From Tannerella sp. (GTDB taxonomy: Bacteria > Bacteroidota > Bacteroidia > Bacteroidales > Tannerellaceae): a stretch of 62,821 nt of DNA. Below are positions 38,414 to 48,899 of this stretch, piece by piece. The position numbers and the translations under genes are program-made. The notes under the pieces are model-generated. The model worked only from the letters and a program-made list of their open reading frames with translations, did no database searches and had not been told where the DNA came from. Where the stretch lies: assembly GCA_031265585.1 (NCBI GenBank), contig JAISCL010000158.1, positions 1-62,821 on the forward strand, read 5' to 3'. Each line of letters opens with the position of its first letter. Within the stretch, counting starts at the first letter, position 1.

Positions 38414-39574
38414 ATGAAAACTTTTTTAATGCATACTTTCTTATTTGCAGCGTTTATTGCAAATGCACAGACAAGCCGCATAACGGTTCATCCCGAAGTC
38501 AGGCTGCCGAAAGACAGCGTTCAACTCGTTGCGGCGCTGAATGACTTTTTGGACGCCATTCAAAACGGTAATACGGAAAAATGGGTATTACCTGCCGAAA
38601 AAACGGAAACCGAACTCTTAACAGACGAAATGAAAGGCATGGATAAAAAGGATTCCATAGATTTTAAGCCGTATCTTGTTAATGTGGAAGCCCTTGCCGG
38701 CCGAAAAGCGTATTCGGTACAAGTGTCGTACATGGGTATTCATGAGGACGCGCCCGTTTTGAGAGCCGTGTTTGAATTGATTGCGCATAAAACCGAAGAC
38801 GGTTTCCGATTTTCGTCGCCCTTGTTGAGGAATACGGAGAATTGGAAGATTAAAGCGTATGAGCATTTAACTTTTCATTATCAGGATACTTCTGTCGAAA
38901 ATATAATCAATCAGTGGGCAAAAGAAATCCTTGAGTTTGACAGGAAGATGCAAATTGCAAAACCCTACGACATTTATTTTTGCGGCGAATGTGATGATAT
39001 GGCCTGTATTTTTCGTTTGACGGGAATAAATTATAAACTTGAGATGAATGGAGACGGTGGACACATGGCGTCTTTCACGTTAAAAGAAAAAGATCTCGAT
39101 CTGTTCGTTCGCCGCTATCTTCAACAACAGCCTGATAATGCTCACGATTTATTTCACTGGCGGGCAGGAATCGCTATTTCCAATGACGAAAAATACAATC
39201 ATTATATGGTATGCGGAGGCGCGTATGTTTATGGCGGCAGCTGGGAATACAGCTGGGAAGAAATTCAGAAAATGTTTAAGGCGAGGATGAAATATGACAG
39301 GAAAACAGACTGGCTGAAACTGTATTTCGAACGGTACAACTTTGGAGAAAGTCAGGAGAATCATCTGTTGGTAACTCAATTTATCAATGCTTTAATTATC
39401 CAAAAAGTAGAAAAGGAACAGGGATTTCCGGCTGTTATGGAGTTATTGTCAAGCGGAAACATATATAACGACAGGGAAAACTTTTTTAGGATACTGGAGA
39501 AAGTTACGGGAATCAACGAAAAGAATTTTAACAGGGAAGTGGGGAAATTAATACAGGGTATTCACAATGACTGA
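38414..39574 (+). CDS. Secreted hypothetical protein
   Basis: Signal peptide ending ANA-Q; 386-aa open frame. Confidence 0.75.
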   Translation: MKTFLMHTFLFAAFIANAQTSRITVHPEVRLPKDSVQLVAALNDFLDAIQNGNTEKWVLPAEKTETELLTDEMKGMDKKDSIDFKPYLVNVEALAGRKAYSVQVSYMGIHEDAPVLRAVFELIAHKTEDGFRFSSPLLRNTENWKIKAYEHLTFHYQDTSVENIINQWAKEILEFDRKMQIAKPYDIYFCGECDDMACIFRLTGINYKLEMNGDGGHMASFTLKEKDLDLFVRRYLQQQPDNAHDLFHWRAGIAISNDEKYNHYMVCGGAYVYGGSWEYSWEEIQKMFKARMKYDRKTDWLKLYFERYNFGESQENHLLVTQFINALIIQKVEKEQGFPAVMELLSSGNIYNDRENFFRILEKVTGINEKNFNREVGKLIQGIHND

Positions 39575-40238
39575 CAAAAAAACCGCAAGAATTGCGGGAC
39601 TGTGGTACCTGGCGAATATTCTGTTGTGCGTATTTGCCATCATGTACGTTGATGAGAAATTGTCTGTGGCGGGCGATGCGGCGGCTACCATTGAGAGCTT
39701 TCGCGCAAACGGTGTGCTGTTCGGCTTCGGCCTTATCGCCTATATCGCAGGGTTTGTCTGCTTTGTGCTTATGGTGGGTGCGCTTTGCAGGCTATTTAAA
39801 TCTGTGGATAGTCGCTTGACACGTTTGATGATGGCATTTACATTAGCCGGAGCCGCGATTGCTCTCATCTGCAAACTCGCGCAGACTGCAGCCACGGCTA
39901 TTCCGGCTATCGAACCGCAGAGCAATACCGCCGGAACGTTGTTGGCCTTTTATACGAATGGAGGCATGGCAAACGAGATTTTCTACGGCTTATGGCTGCT
40001 TCCTCTCGGATTGCTTATTTTGAAATCAGACCTCATTCCCAAAGTAATCGGGATTCTGTTGCTCGTGACCTGCATTTGTCATTTAATCGACTTCGGTACA
40101 TTCTTCTTTGCTCCGGGCGTTTCGGCAACGGTTCAACCCGTTCTGTATGCCGGTGAAATCGGCGAGTTCGTATTCGTCCTGTGGCTGTTAGTTAAGGGCG
40201 TGAAAACACGGAAACAGGGAGGTGAACCAGGTGGATAA
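39567..40238 (+). CDS. DUF4386-like membrane protein
   Basis: KKTARIAGLWYL, GDAAAT, FYGLWLLPLG, WLLVKG. Confidence 0.8.
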   Translation: MTDKKTARIAGLWYLANILLCVFAIMYVDEKLSVAGDAAATIESFRANGVLFGFGLIAYIAGFVCFVLMVGALCRLFKSVDSRLTRLMMAFTLAGAAIALICKLAQTAATAIPAIEPQSNTAGTLLAFYTNGGMANEIFYGLWLLPLGLLILKSDLIPKVIGILLLVTCICHLIDFGTFFFAPGVSATVQPVLYAGEIGEFVFVLWLLVKGVKTRKQGGEPGG

Positions 40239-40334
40239 AACCGGGCAGTTTCTTTTTTAGAAGAGATCATTCATCCGGTTGTCCCGGAAAATCATTACCT
40301 TTGAGGCCATATTGTAAAACTAATTATAAAAGTT

Positions 40335-41177
40335 ATGAAATCACTGGAAGATACATTTGAATTGAGCAATGGAACCGGCATTCCCTGCATAGGATTCGGC
40401 ACATGGCAGACGCCGGATGGAACGGTGGCCGTAGAATCGGTGCGGCTTGCCATCGAAACAGGATACCGCCATATTGATACGGCGGCGGTGTATGGAAATG
40501 AAAAGAGTGTAGGGCGGGGAATTGCAGAGGCTGGAATTGCAGGAACGGAACTGTTCGTCACCTCTAAATTATGGAACACGGAAAAAGGGTATGACCGGAC
40601 CCTGCGGGCGTTCGACAAAACGATGTCCAACCTCGGATTGGACTGTCTTGACCTGTACCTGATCCACTGGCCTGCGATCGGACATGACGGCCCGGCATAT
40701 AACCGGGAAACCTGGCGCGCCTTTGAAAAGCTGTACAGGGAAAAACGCATCAGAGCGATCGGTGTGAGTAACTTTAAGCCGCATCATCTGGAATCATTGA
40801 TGGAAACAGCCGAAGTCGTACCGATGGTTAACCAGATCGAATTTCATCCCGGACAGATGCAGCAGGAGACGCTCATTTTCTGCAATAAACACAGGATCCT
40901 GGTCGAAGCCTGGTCGCCCCTGGGAACGGGACGTATGCTTACGAATCCCCAGCTGATTGAACTTGCAGCCCATTACGGGAAATCGGCAGCACAGTTCTGC
41001 ATCCGCTGGTGCCTTCAGAATAATATACTGCCGTTACCTAAATCGGTGACGCCGTCACGTATCCGGGAGAACGCGGAAGTATTTGACTTTGAAATATCCC
41101 GGGAAGACCTGGACACAATCCGTTCAATGCCCTATTTCGGAGGTTCGGGCCTTGATCCCGATAACCGGAACTTCTGA
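40335..41177 (+). CDS. Aldo/keto reductase (AKR5/DkgA-like)
   Basis: GFGTW, IDTAAVYGNE, LYLIHWP, IGVSNF, LPKS. Confidence 0.95.
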   Translation: MKSLEDTFELSNGTGIPCIGFGTWQTPDGTVAVESVRLAIETGYRHIDTAAVYGNEKSVGRGIAEAGIAGTELFVTSKLWNTEKGYDRTLRAFDKTMSNLGLDCLDLYLIHWPAIGHDGPAYNRETWRAFEKLYREKRIRAIGVSNFKPHHLESLMETAEVVPMVNQIEFHPGQMQQETLIFCNKHRILVEAWSPLGTGRMLTNPQLIELAAHYGKSAAQFCIRWCLQNNILPLPKSVTPSRIRENAEVFDFEISREDLDTIRSMPYFGGSGLDPDNRNF

Positions 41178-41246
41178 TCATTGATCCGTAAGGCATTATA
41201 ATAAATATTTGAATTGTACCCGTAGCAATCACGGCCATGGTGGTCA

Positions 41247-41278
41247 AAAATCCCGTAAGGATGGCATGTCGGTAGGAT
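41247..41278. repeat. Copy of the atcccg..ggatg.catgtcggtag dispersed repeat also found at 1434-2110
   Basis: aaaatcccgtaaggatggcatgtcggtag vs aaaatcccatcgggatgatatgtcggtag at about 2076-2104. Confidence 0.65.
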
Positions 41279-41381
41279 TGTGGGCGTTCTTTATTTAACC
41301 TGAGTTCGAGATAAGATATGTTTTTTTGCTGTTTTTTTAGAGAAAAAACGGATGATGATATTTTTTATTTGGAAAATATAA

Positions 41382-41389
41382 TATATTTG
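41382..41389 (+). promoter_or_regulatory. -7 promoter element upstream of the third array and the truncated gene
   Basis: TATATTTG. Confidence 0.55.
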
Positions 41390-41488
41390 CAATCTAATTT
41401 TCAGCATTTTTATGTACTGTATTGAAAATAAATACTTATTCTGTTTAGAGCTAATTAACACGTTCGTGCCGGTTCGCTTTGGATACTT

Positions 41489-41572
41489 ATTTCGGGACGT
41501 CCCAAAACCATTTCGGGAAGCCCCAAACTCATTTCGGGACGCCCCAAATTCAAATGGGGGAGGCCCATTTTT
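41489..41572 (+). repeat. 21-bp palindromic tandem array (3 units and 1 divergent hairpin unit)
   Basis: atttcgggacgtcccaaaacc / atttcgggaagccccaaactc / atttcgggacgccccaaattc / aaatgggggaggcccattttt. Confidence 0.85.
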
Positions 41573-41622
41573 ATTCATTGAATCCCTAATAAACAAATCA
41601 TTAATATCAAAACTCAAAGACT

Positions 41623-41886
41623 ATGGCAGGACTGCATGACTGGTTGCCAAGTAACCATGAGGCGCTTATCAACAAGGCTACCCAGACAGTAACTTTTTTA
41701 ACGGCGGCGGTATTTGCGCGCATCGGTGTTGCGGGTGCAGCGCTGATGTGGTATCAGGATAAATTCATGATCAGGTATAACCGATTCAAGGCCGCTTTCG
41801 AGAACAGGAAGAATCCGGCAGAAAGGACGCCGGTTAAAACCACCGTTCTGCAGGAAACCAAAGAAGAATTTATAAAAGTGTACAGG
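41623..41886 (+). pseudogene. 3'-truncated homolog of the 1-623 protein
   Basis: Shares D[YW]LPxN, R[FI]G, NPAxRT and LxEx[RK]xE[LF] with the 1-623 protein; after KVYR the frame runs into a tRNA-trailer-like repeat. Confidence 0.75.
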
Positions 41887-41951
41887 ATACTCCACGGGTT
41901 AAAATTCAGGAGAATAAGGGTTTTTGCGTTGTGCAGTGCTTCTTATTTTTT
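41887..41951 (+). repeat. tRNA-less copy of a tRNA 3' end plus trailer/terminator (att-like scar)
   Basis: ATACTCCA equals the last 8 nt of tRNA-Ala; 41893-41951 matches 48840-48898 at 51 of 59 positions (hand count). Confidence 0.8.
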
Positions 41952-41975
41952 ATGTGCAGGAGTAAATTATTCATT

Positions 41976-44300
41976 ATGAAACAGTATTTTAAAAGTATTT
42001 TTGTGATTTGTACGGCGCTTGTTTTCAGCGCCTGCGTTGGACAGGCTACCGAAGATACGGCCGGTCCTGCCGCTTATGTGAATCCTTTTATCGGTGCCAG
42101 CACGAGTATCGGCGCTGCCGGAGTGCATCACGGGTTGGGGAAGACATTCCCGGGAGCAACGACTCCGTACGGGATGGTTCAGGTCAGTCCGAATACCGTA
42201 ACCGGGGGGGATAACGGCCCGGGATACAGCTACGAACACCGGACGATAGAAGGTTTCCCGTTTACGCAGATGAGCGGTATCGGATGGTACGGCGATCTGG
42301 GAAATTTCCTGGTTATGCCGGCGACAGGGCCACTGTTGCTTATTGCCGGGAAGGAGGACGGCAGCATCAGGGGGTACCGCTCCCGCTATGATAAGGATTC
42401 AGAAAAGGCATCGGCGGGATATTATTCCGTCAAATTGACAGACTATGGCATCCGCGTGGAGTGTACGGCTGCACCGCATAGCGGAATATTGCGGTTTACC
42501 TTCCCGGAACACAAACAGTCACGCATACAGGTTGACCTGGCCCGTCGCGTGGGAGGGACTTCCACGGAGCAGTATATCCGGGTGGCGGATGACCATACCA
42601 TACAGGGATGGATGAAATGCACGCCCGAAGGGGGAGGATGGGGAAACGGCGCCGGGAAAGCCGACTACACGGTCTATTTTTATGCAAGATTCAGCAAGCC
42701 TTTGCAGGATTACGGATTCTGGAGCGCCGACATCCCGGACGGCTGGTCCAGGAAACGGGAAGATGTAACCGGCCTGCCCTACCTTACCCGCATATCCGAA
42801 GCGCCGGTTATCCGCGGGGAAAAAGAACTGCAGGGCAGGCACCTCGGCTTTTTTACCTCTTTTGAAACGCGGGAAGGGGAGGAGGTAACACTTTCGGCAG
42901 GCATCTCTTTTGTTGACATGGAAGGGGCCCGGAAGAATTTCGAAGCGGAGATTGCCCGCAAAGATTTTGACCGGGTGCACGCCGAAGCCCGCGAATCATG
43001 GAACAGGGAACTGGGACGGGTTGCCGTACAGGGCGGTTCGGAAGAACAGAAAACTGTTTTTTACACGGCGCTCTATCACACGATGATCGATCCGCGTGCC
43101 TGTGCCGATGTAGACGGCCGTTACACGGGAGGCGACGGACGCATCCATACGGACAGGGAGTTTACCAAACGCACCATATTCAGCGGCTGGGATGTATTCC
43201 GCAGTCAGTTTCCCCTGCAAACGGTTATCAATCCGGCCCTGGTGAACGACCAGCTTAATTCGCTCATCACACTGGCCGAACAGAGCGGGAATGAATACTA
43301 CGAGCGCTGGGAGTTTCTGAACGCCTATTCGGGATGCATGATTGGAAACCCGGCGATTGCTGTCCTGGCAGATGCCTGGGTGAAAGGCATACGCGGATAC
43401 GACGTCGAAAAAGCCTACCGGTATGCCCTCAATACGTCCCGGAAATTCGGCAACGGCGAACTGGCCTATACTCCGAACAGCATCTCCGAAACACTCGAAT
43501 ATGCCTATTCCGACTGGTGTGTCTCCCGCCTGGCGGAAGCGCTGGGGAAAGAGGACGATCATGCCGCCTACCTGCAACGGTCGCAGGCTTTCCGGAATAT
43601 CTTCGATGCCGGAAAAGGATGGTTCCGCCCTCGGCTGGCGGATGGTTCCTGGCAGCCCTGGCCTGAAAATGCACGTACAAAAGAGGGCTATGGCTGCGTT
43701 GAATCCAATCCCTACCAGCAGGGATGGTTTGTTCCCCATGACGTGCCGGGAATGGTAGAACTGATGGGAGGACGGGATCAGGTAACAGCGGATCTTACCC
43801 GTTTTTTCAGCATGACGCCTGAAAACATGCTGTGGAACGAGTATTATAACCATGCCAACGAGCCTGTACACCAGGTGCCTTTCCTGTTCAACCGCTTAAA
43901 TGCACCGTGGCTTACGCAGTACTGGACGCGCCATATATGCGACAGGGCTTACGCAAATTCCGTGGAAGGACTTGTCGGCAACGAGGATGTCGGTCAGATG
44001 TCCGCCTGGTACGTCCTGGCCGCTATCGGAATACATCCCTATTGTCCCGGTGAAACACGCTGCGAAATCACAAGCCCCCTCTTCGACCGGATTGATATCC
44101 GTCTGGATCCGGCTTTTTTCCGCGGGGAAACATTTACTGTCCTGACCCGCGACAACCTCCCGGAAAACGTCTACATACAGAAGGCCCTCCTGAATGGAAA
44201 GCCATATGATCAATGCCATATCGACTTTTATGACATCGTGAACGGAGGCGTCCTGGAACTGTTCATGGGGCCGGAACCGAACAGGGAATGGGGTAAATAA
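41976..44300 (+). CDS. GH92 family alpha-mannosidase, lipoprotein
   Basis: FSAC lipobox, TFPGATTPYGMVQVSP, WDVFR, HANEP, GNEDVGQMSAW. Confidence 0.95.
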   Translation: MKQYFKSIFVICTALVFSACVGQATEDTAGPAAYVNPFIGASTSIGAAGVHHGLGKTFPGATTPYGMVQVSPNTVTGGDNGPGYSYEHRTIEGFPFTQMSGIGWYGDLGNFLVMPATGPLLLIAGKEDGSIRGYRSRYDKDSEKASAGYYSVKLTDYGIRVECTAAPHSGILRFTFPEHKQSRIQVDLARRVGGTSTEQYIRVADDHTIQGWMKCTPEGGGWGNGAGKADYTVYFYARFSKPLQDYGFWSADIPDGWSRKREDVTGLPYLTRISEAPVIRGEKELQGRHLGFFTSFETREGEEVTLSAGISFVDMEGARKNFEAEIARKDFDRVHAEARESWNRELGRVAVQGGSEEQKTVFYTALYHTMIDPRACADVDGRYTGGDGRIHTDREFTKRTIFSGWDVFRSQFPLQTVINPALVNDQLNSLITLAEQSGNEYYERWEFLNAYSGCMIGNPAIAVLADAWVKGIRGYDVEKAYRYALNTSRKFGNGELAYTPNSISETLEYAYSDWCVSRLAEALGKEDDHAAYLQRSQAFRNIFDAGKGWFRPRLADGSWQPWPENARTKEGYGCVESNPYQQGWFVPHDVPGMVELMGGRDQVTADLTRFFSMTPENMLWNEYYNHANEPVHQVPFLFNRLNAPWLTQYWTRHICDRAYANSVEGLVGNEDVGQMSAWYVLAAIGIHPYCPGETRCEITSPLFDRIDIRLDPAFFRGETFTVLTRDNLPENVYIQKALLNGKPYDQCHIDFYDIVNGGVLELFMGPEPNREWGK

Positions 44301-45479
44301 CTACTTTTTCCTGCGGCACAGGATGATGAGGTCATTGCTCTCTCCATTCATCCGGGAAAGTTGTTCTTTCAGCGGCGGGGGTGGGGTGAAATCTCCGGAT
44401 TTGACCTTTTCCAGCAGTTCCTCCGCCGTAATCGCGTTAATATAGTATTCGTCCGAAATCCAGCGCGCCCAGACGGGAGGGCCGCCCAGGATGTCGTCGG
44501 TCAGACCGATGCCTTTACTGTCTTTTACGGAGAATCCCTTTTTCTGTTTTTTGTCATAGACGATATAGTTTAGAATCGTGTTTGCTTTAGTGGATCCTCT
44601 GTTTTGGGACAAAAGGAAAAAATAACGGCCATCTTCGACTGCTGAAGGTACACACCAGTATTTATCGCGATTCCGTCGATACGCTTCATCGGAAACCCAG
44701 CGTTCAAATTCAACCGGCATTTTGTATTTTCCCATATCAATAAAAACGTATGGTTCCGCATGTGCGCCGGATAATCTCCAAATCGTGTCGTTAGACTCAT
44801 CTCCCTTGAAAAATAAAGAATCGTTTTTATGATAGAATAATTTTGTAAGTGGAAAATTAGTCGCACCTGTTTTATCGGATTTTATGATCCCGTACAGGGC
44901 ATTGGGTATGCATGCGAGCGTATCTTCCGGATCCTGTAATGAGACCGCAACCGCTTTGTACTTTTGCCGGTTTGCCGAATAGATTACCTCGCCTGTCCAT
45001 AAGATGGAATCGAAAATGCCAAAATCTTCAATGTCCATAATTATTTTGCTGCGCAGGAAATTTCCGTCCAAATCGAAAAACAGCAATTTCTGTGTATCGG
45101 AAATAACGATTTCTTTCTTTTTACGGTCAATTTCTATCTCACCGGGCACAAGATATTCTCCCGGACCCTGTCCACGGGAGCCAACCTGCCGGATAAACTG
45201 CCCGTTCGTATGGAAAAGATAGACATCCAAACGCGCTCGAATAATCAGGAACTTGTCAATCTGTTTTACATCCCAGATTTTGGTGATAATAACATCTTCC
45301 GGCGTTTTCAATTCGATGTATTCCACCCTGTCGGCGATCTCCGATATCGCCATCTGCCTTTCCGTATCGAAGCATTGCACAAAGTCGATGGTGTAAATGT
45401 CCGTGTTATGGTTTGCGTGCGGAGTGCATCCGGGAAGCAGGAAACATATTACCCAGTAAAAAAAGTAACAGTGTTTCAT
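44301..45479 (-). CDS. 6-bladed beta-propeller lipoprotein (DUF4934-like)
   Basis: Lipobox LPGC, YIELKT, GSRGQGPGEY, DDILGGPP. Confidence 0.8.
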   Translation of the reverse strand: MKHCYFFYWVICFLLPGCTPHANHNTDIYTIDFVQCFDTERQMAISEIADRVEYIELKTPEDVIITKIWDVKQIDKFLIIRARLDVYLFHTNGQFIRQVGSRGQGPGEYLVPGEIEIDRKKKEIVISDTQKLLFFDLDGNFLRSKIIMDIEDFGIFDSILWTGEVIYSANRQKYKAVAVSLQDPEDTLACIPNALYGIIKSDKTGATNFPLTKLFYHKNDSLFFKGDESNDTIWRLSGAHAEPYVFIDMGKYKMPVEFERWVSDEAYRRNRDKYWCVPSAVEDGRYFFLLSQNRGSTKANTILNYIVYDKKQKKGFSVKDSKGIGLTDDILGGPPVWARWISDEYYINAITAEELLEKVKSGDFTPPPPLKEQLSRMNGESNDLIILCRRKK

Positions 45480-45496
45480 GAATTTGTAATTTTTTA

Positions 45497-46111
45497 TCAG
45501 GATAACCAGGGTATGTGTGTTAACCGGTCGAAAAATATATGGATGAATGAGGGCTGCAGGAGTACGGGGAAAACCATGCCGTAGATTGCCCCATAGAAGT
45601 GTGCGTTATGGTTGATATTGTCGGCTGACTGTTTGGCCATATACTGGCAATAGATGAGATATAATACTCCAAAAACGATGCCCGGAACGGGAATGACGGC
45701 AAACAGGAGGATGATTCCCCACGGATCGAACAGGATGGACGAGAATAAAACGGCCGATACGGCTCCGGAGGCCCCGATGGACTGGTAATAAATGTTGTCG
45801 CGGTGTTTTATTAAATCGTATAGCGAGGAAAAAATCATCCCGCCGAAGTATAATCCCATGAATCCCCATTGTCCTGGCCCTGCGTTTGCAAAGATGGATT
45901 CCATGTAAACGCCGAACGACCAGAACGTGAACATGTTTACAAACAGGTGCATGGTGTCGGCATGGACGAATCCATGGGTGATCACACGATACCACTCGTT
46001 TCTTTTAAGTATGGCATACGAATTAAACGAAAGTCTATTGATCAAATCCCGGCGACCGAAGCAAATTAATGACACGGCGACGGTCGTTCCTATAATCAGA
46101 TATGTCAGCAT
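45497..46111 (-). CDS. Rhomboid family intramembrane serine protease
   Basis: HADTMHLFVNM, IGASG, NHNAHFYG. Confidence 0.93.
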   Translation of the reverse strand: MLTYLIIGTTVAVSLICFGRRDLINRLSFNSYAILKRNEWYRVITHGFVHADTMHLFVNMFTFWSFGVYMESIFANAGPGQWGFMGLYFGGMIFSSLYDLIKHRDNIYYQSIGASGAVSAVLFSSILFDPWGIILLFAVIPVPGIVFGVLYLIYCQYMAKQSADNINHNAHFYGAIYGMVFPVLLQPSFIHIFFDRLTHIPWLS

Positions 46112-46398
46112 ATTGTATGATTTTTATTCAGAGGTACAAAGAACAGGATTTATTTGCAGTATTACAAAATTATGACGGGAAAATATGTATGATTGCAAAA
46201 AAACATATACCGCAAGAAAATCTGAAACTTTTTGACTTGCAGCAACTGCAAATGAATTATTGTTGGAATTAGACCGTAATTTACAGAAAATCAACACCCC
46301 TGAAAATAAGTTACGATACGGTTTTCCAATGGGTTAAATTATTTAAAATTATTGCCTGCAAAATTACAGGTTTTTCGTGAATTAGCAAACTTTATTTC

Positions 46399-48606
46399 TT
46401 ACCGGTTGAACAGTTCGATGGTCAGTTTGATACCTGCACTGTGAAATTTGCCGTTTTTGTTGCTGATGAACAGGCCGGAATCAAAAATGTGAGTGCCGAT
46501 CCCGTAACCAAATTCCATATAGGGATTAAGGTGGGACATGGTCAGGATGCCAAAGTAGATCCGTTCGTTCAACGCATTCGGTACGCGCTTGAAAAGATGC
46601 GGTATTATGATAAAGGGCGCTTCGTAGGTAATGTTTGCACGCATATATTCCCGGGATGCATTATACCAGCGCCGGTCCAGGATCTGGAAGGTGCCGCCGA
46701 TATCGTCATTCCAGCCTGACGGGAGATTGTTTTTGGCAAAATTCCTGAAGTCAACGAAATACATCTGCCCCTGGTCCGTGAACTTGCCTGCCCCGGCGCG
46801 ATAATAGATATTGTGCAGAAACCCGAGCGGTATGGTTTGCTGCATGTCAAACTCCAGCCTTTCAAATTTGCCGGTACTGTTGAATACGCCTTTTATGCCG
46901 CGCTCGTAGTCGAAAGAAAAAGTCGGCCACCGGGATGACAGGTTTATTTTTTTGTTTTCCACCCTGTAATAATACTGTCCGGGTGTCCATGAAATTTTCA
47001 GGCGCGGTGCAAAACCGGTGTATATGTTCCTGATAATGTCCGTATAATCGCTGTCGCCGGTTTTTTTTATCTCCGGTTTGTCGATTGCCGAACGGCGGTA
47101 GATAGAGATCCCTCCATCAACCGTAAGCCCGTTGAGAACTTCGATGCTGTGGGTAAGGTCAATGTAAAAATTCCGGAAATATTCAATATGTATCGAATCA
47201 AAATCGATGTTATTATCGGGGATTTGCTTCAGTTCGTTCATGATGTCACTGCTATAGATCCGGTTTCCGTTTCCGACCCTGAGGCTGAGACTCCCTCTTT
47301 TGGCCGGCAGGTATTCAAGCTCGACGGGAACACGCCAATAAAACTCTTTATAGCTGAAATTATATCCGATCATGGGTGACAGGGCGAAACGCCTGTTATT
47401 GCCGAACAGTCGCTGATACCGGATGTCCTGCCTGTATGAAAATCCGCCGCCGCCGCTGTAACTTATTAAAAACGGGTTTATCAGCGGGGAAAAGCGGACT
47501 TTCTGTTGAGGGGAATTGACGGAATAGCTGCTGATCAGGAAATCCCCAACGTTTCCCCAGAACAGGCCTCTTTTCCCGTTTATGCTGTACTTGTTCGTAT
47601 CAGGGCTTTCCTGATTCTTTTCCTTTTCGCCGTAATATTTTTCATACATGCTTTTTTCATCTTCGCTCAGAGGGATCGGGCGCAGCTTTGCAAAATAATT
47701 GCTGTCGCTTCTCAGGTATGGCGAAGTATCATTCCGTAACGTAAAAGACCGGGTAAGGTCATAGCTGCTTTTCCGGCTTTGGGGAAGGGTGTCGTTTCCC
47801 GGCAATCCGACGGATTTATAATCCATATCGATTGTGAAATGCCCGTCAATCACATTTCCAAGCAGGTGAAACGACGTTTCCGAGTCGAACCGTCCGGGGA
47901 GTAACCTTGCCTGTCCGTAGCTGTCATGGCCCATTTGCAGGTGATTCGTGTAGTTCAGGTATTCCGACTTCCCGCTGAACTTTAGCTCCCGGATGATCCA
48001 TGTACTGTCGCATACGGCCATGTATCCTTCGATCAGCTGATAACTGTTCAGCCTGGGCATGAAAGAGATATAATAGAGGTACCTTCCGTTTTCATCCCGG
48101 TGGACGGAGTCTGTCCGGTAGGCGTAATATTTTTTTGCATTGGATGAGACCGGGGATATCAGCTTTACGTCAAAGACGGAATTGGAATAAACGTTTACAT
48201 CAAAAAAATCCAGTATGCTCTCGTTGAAGTTTTTTGTCTTGTCGATCGTTCCAAGACTGGCCCTTATTCTCCGGTCAAAGATCCCCGGAGGCGTGTAGTG
48301 CAGTTCGCTGTATGATTCCGTGATATACTCCCGTACTCCCTTTTTCAGTTTGAACATGGAGGGGATATAGTTTATCAGGAGGTTGCTTTTCCTTATATTG
48401 ATCCGTCCTTTGGTGTACATGTTTGCCGTATATTCTTCGATAATATTCCTGTGTACGGGCGCTGTCCCGATCGTTTTGTCCATAATTACCTCCACAGGGA
48501 TATGAGGCGGCATGCTGTCCGGGGGCAGTGAATCCTTCGGATTGCCTTTAGTGAACTGGCAATGAATAAGAAAGATGCCGGTTATGGATATGAATAGATG
48601 CCTCAA
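46399..48606 (-). CDS. DUF5686-like outer-membrane protein
   Basis: Signal peptide, RPIPLS motif, beta-rich C-terminal half ending IELFNR. Confidence 0.75.
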   Translation of the reverse strand: MRHLFISITGIFLIHCQFTKGNPKDSLPPDSMPPHIPVEVIMDKTIGTAPVHRNIIEEYTANMYTKGRINIRKSNLLINYIPSMFKLKKGVREYITESYSELHYTPPGIFDRRIRASLGTIDKTKNFNESILDFFDVNVYSNSVFDVKLISPVSSNAKKYYAYRTDSVHRDENGRYLYYISFMPRLNSYQLIEGYMAVCDSTWIIRELKFSGKSEYLNYTNHLQMGHDSYGQARLLPGRFDSETSFHLLGNVIDGHFTIDMDYKSVGLPGNDTLPQSRKSSYDLTRSFTLRNDTSPYLRSDSNYFAKLRPIPLSEDEKSMYEKYYGEKEKNQESPDTNKYSINGKRGLFWGNVGDFLISSYSVNSPQQKVRFSPLINPFLISYSGGGGFSYRQDIRYQRLFGNNRRFALSPMIGYNFSYKEFYWRVPVELEYLPAKRGSLSLRVGNGNRIYSSDIMNELKQIPDNNIDFDSIHIEYFRNFYIDLTHSIEVLNGLTVDGGISIYRRSAIDKPEIKKTGDSDYTDIIRNIYTGFAPRLKISWTPGQYYYRVENKKINLSSRWPTFSFDYERGIKGVFNSTGKFERLEFDMQQTIPLGFLHNIYYRAGAGKFTDQGQMYFVDFRNFAKNNLPSGWNDDIGGTFQILDRRWYNASREYMRANITYEAPFIIIPHLFKRVPNALNERIYFGILTMSHLNPYMEFGYGIGTHIFDSGLFISNKNGKFHSAGIKLTIELFNR

Positions 48607-48767
48607 TTTTGACTTTGTATATTTGATTATGACTGCTAAATAAGCAAATAATTATGTTAAATCAAATCTGTTCACAATGTTTTTGATTTACGGTGGAAAT
48701 ATTTATTCCGTCCGTTGTTTGGTAAAAATGAAAAAATATTTAACTTTGCACGCCGAAAAAGCAGAAA

Positions 48768-48841
48768 GGTTCCGTAGCTCAGCTGGATAGAGCAACAGCC
48801 TTCTAAGCTGTGGGTCGAGCGTTCGAATCGCTCCGGAATCA
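48768..48841 (+). tRNA. tRNA-Arg(TCT)
   Basis: GGTTCCG/CGGAATC acceptor stem, ACAGC-CTTCTAA-GCTGT anticodon arm, GTTCGAAT; TAACTTTG promoter element at 48741. Confidence 0.97.
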
Positions 48842-48859
48842 CCGGTTAAATATCAGGGG

Positions 48860-48899
48860 AATAAGGGGTTTTGCGTTGTGTAGGGCCTCTTATTTTTTT
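48860..48899 (+). terminator. Intrinsic terminator after tRNA-Arg
   Basis: aataaggggttttgcg-ttg-tgtagggcctcttatt hairpin with G:U pairs, followed by a T run. Confidence 0.65.

Noticed and set aside
46112-46398. Possible sRNA in the 290-bp gap with a TAATTTTG element on the - strand
   Set aside because: No clear structure, terminator or ORF to support a call.
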